The notes under the pieces are model-generated. The model worked only from the letters and a program-made list of their open reading frames with translations, had not been told where the DNA came from and ran no database searches. DNA of 64,000 nucleotides from an uncultured Gammaproteobacteria bacterium (lineage in GTDB: Bacteria > Pseudomonadota > Gammaproteobacteria > CAWCPV01): NCBI GenBank assembly GCA_963797555.1, contig CAWCPV010000004.1:384001-448000 (forward strand), in the 5' to 3' direction. Both the position numbers and the translations under genes were made by a program. How positions within the stretch are numbered: position 1 is the first letter of the stretch; every line of letters starts with the position of its first letter. Below are positions 56,860 through 64,000 of this stretch, piece by piece.

Positions 56860-57539
56860 CGCGCCCAGGGCAACAGGCGTCGATGGGTGCTGTAGACCGC
56901 AAGCAGCATGAGAAACGACACCATCAGAATACCTCCCGACAGGATATGGGCTTGCGCGTAACGCAGCGCTTCGACCTGGTCATAGATAACGATGGAGAGC
57001 ACTTGGGTCTGCCCCGGGATGTTGCCCCCGATCATCAGCACCACCCCGAACTCACCCAGCGTGTGAGCAAAACCCAGGGTCGTGGCGGTCAGGAGACCTC
57101 GCCTGGCGAGCGGCAGGGCCACCGTGAGAAAGCGATCGAGCGGCGAGGCGCGCAGGCATGCCGCCGCGTCCAGCAACTCCTGTTCCACTCCCTCGAAGGC
57201 GTTGGCCAGGGGTTGCACTACGAAGGGAAGCGAATAGACGACAGACCCCAGCACCAAACCGCTGAAGGTGAACACCAGTGGGTCCCCGCCCAGTCCATGC
57301 CAGAAGGCGCCCACTGGGCCTCGGGGCCCCAAGGCCAGGAGCAGATAGAAACCCAGCACCGTGGGCGGCAGGACCAGAGGCAGGGCGACTACGGCTTCGA
57401 CGACGATCCTGGCGCGGGAGCGGGTGCGCGCCATCCACCAGGCGATGGGTGTGCCCAACACCAGCAGCAAGGCCGTAGACACCGTCGCAAGGCGCAAGGT
57501 GATCCAGACAGGGACCCAGTCGATATCCGAGACGGGCAT
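56856..57539 (-). CDS. modB: molybdate ABC transporter permease
   Basis: LPLVLPPTVLGFYLL, FAHTLGEFGVVLMIGGNIPG. Confidence 0.95.
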   Translation of the reverse strand: MPVSDIDWVPVWITLRLATVSTALLLVLGTPIAWWMARTRSRARIVVEAVVALPLVLPPTVLGFYLLLALGPRGPVGAFWHGLGGDPLVFTFSGLVLGSVVYSLPFVVQPLANAFEGVEQELLDAAACLRASPLDRFLTVALPLARRGLLTATTLGFAHTLGEFGVVLMIGGNIPGQTQVLSIVIYDQVEALRYAQAHILSGGILMVSFLMLLAVYSTHRRLLPWAR

Positions 57540-57548
57540 GGTCGTGGG

Positions 57549-58388
57549 TTATTGTCCGAAGTCAGAGCTGGCTGTCGGACTCCGTTCAGGTGCTCCGTAG
57601 CCGTAGCCTTCGATAGTCGCGATGGCTGTCTCGCTCTTGAGAAACTCGAGGAACGCTCGTGCCGCAGCGTTGGCTCTCCCGTGCTTCAGCAGCACCGCCT
57701 GCTGCAACAACGGGTCGTACAGGTTCTGTGCCACTAGCCAATAGGTGTGCTGCGGGCTATGGCCGGCGAGGTAGAGCTGAGAGAGTGCGATGAACCCCAG
57801 CTCGGCGTTCCCCCCGGCCACGAACTGGTAGGTCTGGCCGATGTCCTGTCCCCGGACCAGCCGCCCCTGCAGCTTCCCCCAGAGGCCAAGGCGCGTGAGC
57901 ACTTGGCGGGCCGCGGCTCCATAGGGCGCCGTGTCCGGATTGGCCAAAGCGAGGTGGCGAAAGCGCGCCTGCTCGAGGAGTCTAGCGCCCTCGCCCGAAA
58001 GGTCCGCACTCGGGGACCAAAGAACGAGCCGACCGATGGCGTACGTGAAGCGCGTCCCCGGAACGGCCAAGCCTTCTGCCTCGAGCCGTCTCGGGCGCTC
58101 CGCGTCCGCGGCGAAGAACACGTCGTAGGGTGCTCCGCTGCGGATCTGCGCGTAGATCTGGCCGGTGGAGCCCGAGCTCACCAGACCGCGGTAGCCGGAC
58201 GCCTCGGCGAAGCTGGTCAGCAACGTCTCCAACGTCACGCGGAAGTTTGCGGCCACCGCGACCTGCAAGTCGGTGGCACAGGCCGGTGCTCCGTGGACCA
58301 AGCCGATGACCGCACCAAGGGAGAGAAACGCCCGCGCCAAGGCAAGGATCGACCTGGGCTGGGCGGACGCGGAACGCGCATCCATCAC
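57549..58388 (-). CDS. modA: molybdate-binding periplasmic protein
   Basis: VAVAANF, GSTGQIYAQI..GAPYDVF, ANPDTAPYG. Confidence 0.94.
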   Translation of the reverse strand: MMDARSASAQPRSILALARAFLSLGAVIGLVHGAPACATDLQVAVAANFRVTLETLLTSFAEASGYRGLVSSGSTGQIYAQIRSGAPYDVFFAADAERPRRLEAEGLAVPGTRFTYAIGRLVLWSPSADLSGEGARLLEQARFRHLALANPDTAPYGAAARQVLTRLGLWGKLQGRLVRGQDIGQTYQFVAGGNAELGFIALSQLYLAGHSPQHTYWLVAQNLYDPLLQQAVLLKHGRANAAARAFLEFLKSETAIATIEGYGYGAPERSPTASSDFGQ

Positions 58389-58433
58389 CCTTTGTTCCCC
58401 TCCGACTCTGGCGGCGCGCCCCGACGGTGGAAG

Positions 58434-59337
58434 CTAGGGCAACAGGAAAAGCTCCAGCAGCGCTTTCTGGGAGTGCAGCCGGTTCTCCGCCTCGTCCCAG
58501 ACCACACTCTGAGGGCCATCGATGACCTCGCTGGCTACCTCCTCTCCGCGGTGTGCTGGCAGACAGTGCATGAACAGGGCGTCGTGATGGGCCCGTGCCA
58601 TGACCGTGGGCGTAACCTGATAGGCGGCGAAGGCCCGGCTGCGAGCCTCCTGCTCCACCTCCTGCCCCATGCTCGCCCAGACGTCGGTGACCACCAAGTC
58701 GGCATCCGAGGCGGCCTTCGCAGGGTCTCTCAACAACGTAACGCGGGCGTGGTCACGAGCCAATAGGCTGCGGTCCGGTTCGTACCCCGCGGGGCAGCAG
58801 ACACGCAGCTTGAAGTCCAACTGCCGTGCGGCATTGATGTAGGAGTTGCACATGTTGTTGCCATCTCCGATCCAGGCCACGGTCTTGCCGCGGTATCGGA
58901 CCGCGCCTCTCCCAGAAGGTCTGTATGTCGGCGAGCAGTTGGCAGGGGTGAAACCGGTCGGTGAGGGCGTTGATCACGGGTACCCGCGATAACGCGGCGA
59001 ACCGTTCCAGCTTCTCGTGCTCATAGGTGCGGACTACGATAGCATCGACCATGCGCGACAGCACCCTTGCGGTGTCTTCCAAGGGCTCCCCGCGCCCGAG
59101 CTGGGTGTCCCGGGGGGAGAGGAATATGCTGCTGCCGCCGAAATGGGCCATAGCGGCCTCGAACGACACACGCGTTCGTGTGGAGGACTTCTCGAAGACC
59201 ATAGCCAGCACGCGGTTCTTGAGCGGCTGGTAGCCCGTGCCGCGGGGCACAGTCTTGATCTCCATGGCGCGAAGCAGCAGCGCCTCGAGGCGGCTGGGGC
59301 TCAGGTCGAGGAGCGTGAGAAAATGCCGGACCGTCAC
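58434..59337 (-). CDS. argF: ornithine carbamoyltransferase (frameshift near 58893)
   Basis: [12 protein letters not shown] and HPCQ in one frame; WIGDGNN, HCLP, EAENR in the next. Confidence 0.94.
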
Positions 59338-59340
59338 CGA

Positions 59341-60519
59341 CTACCCGCTGCAGAGAAAGTCCCGCAAGACCCGCACCGTTCCTTCTATAATCTGCTCGGC
59401 TTGGTCGTCGGTGATCACCAGGGGCGGGAGCAGCCGGACCACACGCTCGGCCGTCACGTTGATGAGCAGCCCCTGCTCCAGAGCCGCGGCCGCGAGGAGA
59501 CGACAGGGGCGGTCGAGCTCGATGCCGATGAGCAGGCCCTTCCCCCGGACGGCGAGTACCCCGGCCTGTCCGGCCAGTGCGGCACGTAACGCACCGAGCA
59601 TCCGGGACCCGAGGACCGCCGCCCGGCCGGCGAGATCCTGATCCCGCATGGTGTGCACTACTGCGAGCGCCGCGGCGCACGCCAGAGGATTACCGCCGAA
59701 GGTCGTGGCATGGTTGCCCGGCCGGAATGTCTCGGCCGCTGCCCCTCGGGCCAGACAGCAGCCGATGGGTACGCCGTTGCCCAAGGCCTTGGCGAGGGTG
59801 ATGGCGTCCGGCTCTAGGGCGGCATCCTGGAAACCGAACCAGTGCCCGGTGCGGCACATTCCGGTCTGCACCTCATCCACGATCATCAGCCAGCCTTGCC
59901 GGTCGCAGAGACGACGGACGCCGGACAGGTAGTCCGGGTCCGGTACGATGACGCCCCCCTCCCCCTGCACCGCCTCCAGCAGGACAGCGACCACGTCCGG
60001 ACTGTTGGCCGCGACGGTCTCGATAGCCGCCAAGTTGTTGTAGGGTACGCGGGCAAAACCCTGCACCAGGGGCTCGAAGCCCGCCTGGACACGGCGGTTT
60101 CCAGTTGCCGTCAGCGTGGCCAGAGTCCGACCGTGGAAGCTGCCCTCCGCGACTACGACAGTCGGTACCGCGATACCTCGGTGGTGGCCGACAAGGCGTG
60201 CCAGCTTGATCGCCGCCTCGTTGGCCTCGGCCCCGGAGTTGCAGAAGAACGCGCGCTCCATTCCCGAGAGCTGCGTCAGCTCGCTCGCCAGTTGCTGCTG
60301 TAACGGGATCTCGTACAGGTTCGAGGTGTGGACCAGGCGCCCGACCTGGTCACACACCGCCGCGGCGACAGCAGGATGCGCGTGCCCGAGGCTGCATACC
60401 GCCACTCCGCTGACCGCATCCAGATAGCGCTTGCCGTGCGCGTCCCACAGCCACGCACCTTCGCCGCGCTCGAACGCGACGGGCAGAGGGCTGTAAGTCG
60501 CCATCAGCCGGTCGTGCAT
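59341..60519 (-). CDS. argD: acetylornithine aminotransferase
   Basis: FCNSGAEANEAA, FHGRT, DEVQTG, LAKALGNG. Confidence 0.94.
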   Translation of the reverse strand: MHDRLMATYSPLPVAFERGEGAWLWDAHGKRYLDAVSGVAVCSLGHAHPAVAAAVCDQVGRLVHTSNLYEIPLQQQLASELTQLSGMERAFFCNSGAEANEAAIKLARLVGHHRGIAVPTVVVAEGSFHGRTLATLTATGNRRVQAGFEPLVQGFARVPYNNLAAIETVAANSPDVVAVLLEAVQGEGGVIVPDPDYLSGVRRLCDRQGWLMIVDEVQTGMCRTGHWFGFQDAALEPDAITLAKALGNGVPIGCCLARGAAAETFRPGNHATTFGGNPLACAAALAVVHTMRDQDLAGRAAVLGSRMLGALRAALAGQAGVLAVRGKGLLIGIELDRPCRLLAAAALEQGLLINVTAERVVRLLPPLVITDDQAEQIIEGTVRVLRDFLCSG

Positions 60520-60634
60520 CGATTAATCGCCCACCCCGGGCGCCTCGCGGACCGCTGGCCTCGACTCACGCTCGCAAGGTTGTGGGAGCATGCTATGGAG
60601 AACCCGCTCGAAGAGGCGCTGTAGCTTTCCGTGA

Positions 60635-60669
60635 AAGACGAAACCCGGCCAGCGGCCGGGTTTCGTCTT
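60635..60669. terminator. perfect 16-bp hairpin, likely terminator of the PuuD-like gene
   Basis: AAGACGAAACCCGGCC-agc-GGCCGGGTTTCGTCTT. Confidence 0.75.
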
Positions 60670-60688
60670 ATTGAAGGACCTGAGAGTG

Positions 60689-61180
60689 CTAGAAGAAGCG
60701 GTGGCTTGCCGATGCCATGAAGAAGAGCATCGGGATAGACAGCAGGGTGTTGATGCGCGAAGCGCGGGAGGCGATGCGGCGCGCCTTGGCCTTTTGGTCA
60801 TCGGTCGCCTGCACGATCCCCAGGATCTTCTTCTGGCTCGGCCAGATCAGCACCCACACGTTGAAGAGCATGATTGTCCCGAGCCAGGCTCCCATGCCGA
60901 TCCATGCGGACGGCCCGCGGAGCAAGAAGGCGTGGACCAAGCCCCAATTGGAATTGGCCAGGTAGGCAGCACCCGTCAGCCAAGTCGCCAATGCCGCCCA
61001 GCGGAACCACAGCAGGGCCCTGGGTACTACGTACTTGGTGATACCCGCCCCGCCGGGCCCACCTTTGTCCGCAGCCGCCTCTGCGAGGGCAGGGACCTGA
61101 ACGAAGTTGAAGTAATACAGCAGGCCGATCCAGGTGATACCCGCAAGGAAGTGGAACCAACGCTCAAAAAACAACTCCAT
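60689..61180 (-). CDS. PuuD/urate-oxidase-N-like integral membrane protein (no cytochrome c domain)
   Basis: RWFHFLAGITWIGLLYYFN, LLWFRWAA, IMLFNVWVLIWPSQKK, ASRINTLLSIPMLFFM. Confidence 0.8.
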   Translation of the reverse strand: MELFFERWFHFLAGITWIGLLYYFNFVQVPALAEAAADKGGPGGAGITKYVVPRALLWFRWAALATWLTGAAYLANSNWGLVHAFLLRGPSAWIGMGAWLGTIMLFNVWVLIWPSQKKILGIVQATDDQKAKARRIASRASRINTLLSIPMLFFMASASHRFF

Positions 61181-61230
61181 AACGGTTCTCCTTGAAGTCT
61201 GTGCCAGGTCGTTCGATCGTAGCCGGCCGG

Positions 61231-61323
61231 CTATGCGATGAATCGGACGATGAGAAAAAGTACCCCGGTCAAGACAAACCCGGAAATAATCGTGCCGATG
61301 ATGGAGTCAAGCGGATTCTTCAT
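61231..61323 (-). CDS. 30-aa single-pass membrane microprotein
   Basis: MKNPLDSIIGTIISGFVLTGVLFLIVRFIA with RBS GAAGGGGAGA; 50 nt upstream of the PuuD-like gene. Confidence 0.65.
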   Translation of the reverse strand: MKNPLDSIIGTIISGFVLTGVLFLIVRFIA

Positions 61324-61537
61324 CACTCTCCCCTTCGTCTCGCCAAGGCGAATTGTCGACTGCTTCGCTAAGAAATCGGAGTATACAGAGATCGCTCCCC
61401 CCCGTGCAATGAGAGGATCCTGTGCCCGTGGATGGCCTTTGCCACCGCCGGTGCCGTACGGCATCATGATGGGCAGTCTGCCTCGGCTTGTTGACGGTCC
61501 TCACGGCCCCGACTGACCCAGCGAGGTCTCCACAACC

Positions 61538-63325
61538 ATGTGTGGCATCTGCGGCGAGTTCCGCCTGGACGGCGCACTGCCCGACCTGTCCGCGGTCGGT
61601 CGTATGACCGCAGCCCTTGCCCGCCGCGGCCCTGATCACCAGGGCGTTTTCGCCGAGGGTCCGATCGCCCTAGGACACCGTCGCCTGGCCATCATCGACC
61701 TGTCGTATCGCTCCAATCAGCCTCTGGCGGATGCCGACCTGGGCCTGGTCTTGGTGTTCAACGGCACCATCTACAACTTCCACGAGCTCCGCGCTGAGCT
61801 GGGAGCGCTTGGGTACCGGTTCTTCACCGAGGGCGACAGCGAGGTCATCCTCAAGGCCTACGCAGCGTGGGGCGACCGCTGCGTAGAGCGTCTGGATGGC
61901 ATGTTTGCATTTGCGATATGGGACTTGCCCCGCCAGCGCTTGTTCCTCGGTCGGGACCGGCTCGGTATCAAGCCGCTCTATTACGCGCGCAACACCAAGC
62001 GGCTGCGATTCGCGTCCAGCGTTCAGGCGCTGCTTGCTGCGGGCGAGCTAGACACCTCCCTCGACGCCGTCGCGCTGCACCACCACCTGACCCTGCACGG
62101 GGTAGTGCCGGCGCCGAGGACGGTGTTGAGAGAGGTGCGAAAACTGGCGCCCGCCCATACCATGGCGGTGGAGTCCCGAGGGTATACGGAGGAGACGCGT
62201 TACTGGGAGCTGCGTGCGCAGCGGCCCAGCCGCCCGGTCAGCGAGCAGGAATGGCTAGTACGCGTCCATAGCGCGCTGCAGGAGGCGGTGAGGCGGCGCC
62301 TGACCGTGGCCGACGTTCCAGTCGGGGTGCTGCTGTCCGGCGGTCTCGATTCGAGTCTGCTGGTGGCGCTCCTTGCCGAGGCGGGTGTGCGGGATCTGCG
62401 GACCTTCTCCATTGGCTTCGAAGACGCTCCGGAGGAAAGCGGCAGCGAATTCGAGTACTCCGATCTCGTGGCGGAGCGCTTCTCCACGCGCCACCTGCGC
62501 TATCACGTGCCTAACCGGGAGGTCTTGGACCGGCTCCCCGAGGCCGTGGCCTCGATGGCGGAGCCGATGGTGGGCCAGGACGCTGTGGCCTTCTATCTGC
62601 TCGCCGAGCGTGTGACACGAGAGGTGAAGGTCGTCCAGAGCGGCCAGGGAGCCGACGAGGTGTTCGCCGGATACTTCTGGTATCCCCTGATGGACGGGGA
62701 GGAGGGTGCCGACGTGGAGCGCTTCGGGCGCCATTACTTCGATCGCAGCCACGGGGAGCTCATCCAGACCCTCTCCCCCGCCTTCCAGGGACCCGACCAC
62801 ACGACAGCGATGATCGGGGCGCTGCTCGCCGATGCCCGCGCAGACACATTCCTGGACCGCGTGCTGCGCATGGATGTTACTACGCTCATCGTCGACGATC
62901 CAGTCAAGCGGGTGGACAACATGACGATGGCCTTCGGGCTCGAGGCCCGCGTGCCCTACCTGGATCACCATGTCGTGGAGCTGGCCATGGAGATGCCGCC
63001 TGACCTCAAGCTGCGCGGGTCCGGCAAGTATCCGCTCAAGGCCATAGCCAGAGGGCGGCTGCCGGATGCGGTGATCGACCGGAAGAAAGGCTACTTTCCA
63101 GTACCGGCTCTGAAGTATGTGCGGGGACCGTTCCTGGCGCTGATGCGCGATGTTCTCAGCTCCGACGCCTGCCGCGCCCGCGGCCTGTTCCAGCGCGACT
63201 ACGTCGACAGGCTGTTGGCCGCTCCTGAGCGTCACATGACGCCGTTGCAGGGGAGCAAGTTATGGCATCTCGCGCTGTTGGAGCTGTGGCTGCAGGTGAA
63301 CGTGGATCGCGGGACGGGCGCATGA
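61538..63325 (+). CDS. asparagine-synthase-family amidotransferase (N-acetylglutaminylglutamine amidotransferase-like)
   Basis: MCGICG Ntn start, RGPD, LLSGGLDSS, VVQSGQGADE, VDDPVKRVDNMTMA.GLEARVP. Confidence 0.88.
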   Translation: MCGICGEFRLDGALPDLSAVGRMTAALARRGPDHQGVFAEGPIALGHRRLAIIDLSYRSNQPLADADLGLVLVFNGTIYNFHELRAELGALGYRFFTEGDSEVILKAYAAWGDRCVERLDGMFAFAIWDLPRQRLFLGRDRLGIKPLYYARNTKRLRFASSVQALLAAGELDTSLDAVALHHHLTLHGVVPAPRTVLREVRKLAPAHTMAVESRGYTEETRYWELRAQRPSRPVSEQEWLVRVHSALQEAVRRRLTVADVPVGVLLSGGLDSSLLVALLAEAGVRDLRTFSIGFEDAPEESGSEFEYSDLVAERFSTRHLRYHVPNREVLDRLPEAVASMAEPMVGQDAVAFYLLAERVTREVKVVQSGQGADEVFAGYFWYPLMDGEEGADVERFGRHYFDRSHGELIQTLSPAFQGPDHTTAMIGALLADARADTFLDRVLRMDVTTLIVDDPVKRVDNMTMAFGLEARVPYLDHHVVELAMEMPPDLKLRGSGKYPLKAIARGRLPDAVIDRKKGYFPVPALKYVRGPFLALMRDVLSSDACRARGLFQRDYVDRLLAAPERHMTPLQGSKLWHLALLELWLQVNVDRGTGA

Positions 63326-63412
63326 GCGCCTAAGGCCGCATGCATCCAGGTGTTTTCTAGGCCGTCCCCTTTCAGCTAGACTGTGTCCAACTATCGATTC
63401 GGGAGATGCTCA

Positions 63413-63745
63413 ATGGACGTGATGGACAGGATCAAGGATCAGGTGGAGGGCAACCGCGTCATGCTCTACATGAAGGGGACGCCCGATATGCCCATGTGCG
63501 GCTTCTCGGCCCGTGCGGCTCAGGTGCTGAAGCTGTGCGGCGCCGACTTCGCCTACGTGAACGTGCTCGCCGACCAAGAGGTTTTTCAGAACCTGCCGCG
63601 CTATGCCGACTGGCCGACCTTCCCCCAGCTCTATGTGAAGGGGGATCTGGTCGGAGGCTCGGATATCATGATCGAGATGTATCAGAAGGGCGAGATGCAG
63701 AAACTCCTACAGGATGCCGGGGCACTCAAGCAGGCGCAGTCCTGA
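63413..63745 (+). CDS. grxD: monothiol glutaredoxin
   Basis: LYMKGTP..PMCGFS, WPTFPQLY, GGSDI. Confidence 0.95.
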   Translation: MDVMDRIKDQVEGNRVMLYMKGTPDMPMCGFSARAAQVLKLCGADFAYVNVLADQEVFQNLPRYADWPTFPQLYVKGDLVGGSDIMIEMYQKGEMQKLLQDAGALKQAQS

Positions 63746-63849
63746 AGGGATCCCAGCGGATGGGCGGCAATGTCCGGCGAACAAGCCGCCCTTCGCGCGC
63801 GCCGCCCCTCGACGGGAACGCCGTGGCTGAGCGCTGCGTCTGCATCGCG

Positions 63850-64000
63850 TCACCTGCTTGCATCCACCTGGCGTAACGGCTCCCAGCGGTTCACCACCTC
63901 GCAGAACAGCCTCGCCGTGCCTTGCGCGTCGTAGCGCGCCGAGTGCGCTTCCTGACTGTCCCAGTCGAGGCCGGCGGCGCGAGCCGCACGCGCGAGAACA
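63850..64000 (-). CDS. rnt: ribonuclease T, 3' end only
   Basis: [39 protein letters not shown]; usual neighbour of grxD. Confidence 0.85.
   Translation of the reverse strand, partial: VLARAARAAGLDWDSQEAHSARYDAQGTARLFCEVVNRWEPLRQVDASR

Overview
A GC-rich gammaproteobacterial chromosome segment. The core backbone runs ratA-rnfH-bamE-fur-recN-nadK-hrcA-grpE-dnaK-dnaJ-dapB-carAB-greA-rlmE-ftsH-folP-glmM-tpiA-secG-tRNA-Leu, then nuoA-N, modCBA, argF, argD, a PuuD-like membrane protein, an asparagine-synthase-family amidotransferase, grxD and partial rnt. There are two accessory zones. (1) 1-4790 holds a candidate defence operon: a 162-aa hypothetical, a SEFIR/TIR-STAND ATPase with one in-frame TGA, and a separate gene that starts with what looks like the STAND winged-helix part, i.e. 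a split NLR-like system. This zone also has a DnaA-box cluster and IS debris. (2) A ~12.6-kb P4/PICI-like satellite sits in tRNA-Leu(GAG) at 28262-40902. It carries int, alpA, Toprim primase, a DUF927 helicase-like gene, an iteron origin and Mu-phage-like parts (Gp27-like protein, Mu DNA-binding-domain relic). It also contains an IS66 carrying a DUF4338/DruA-like passenger and an internally deleted ISL3; both interrupt the same satellite gene. An intact IS630 lies between dnaK and dnaJ. Single-base frameshifts in nadK, dnaJ, ftsH and argF are most likely consensus errors. All family calls come from motif recognition by eye, not database searches.
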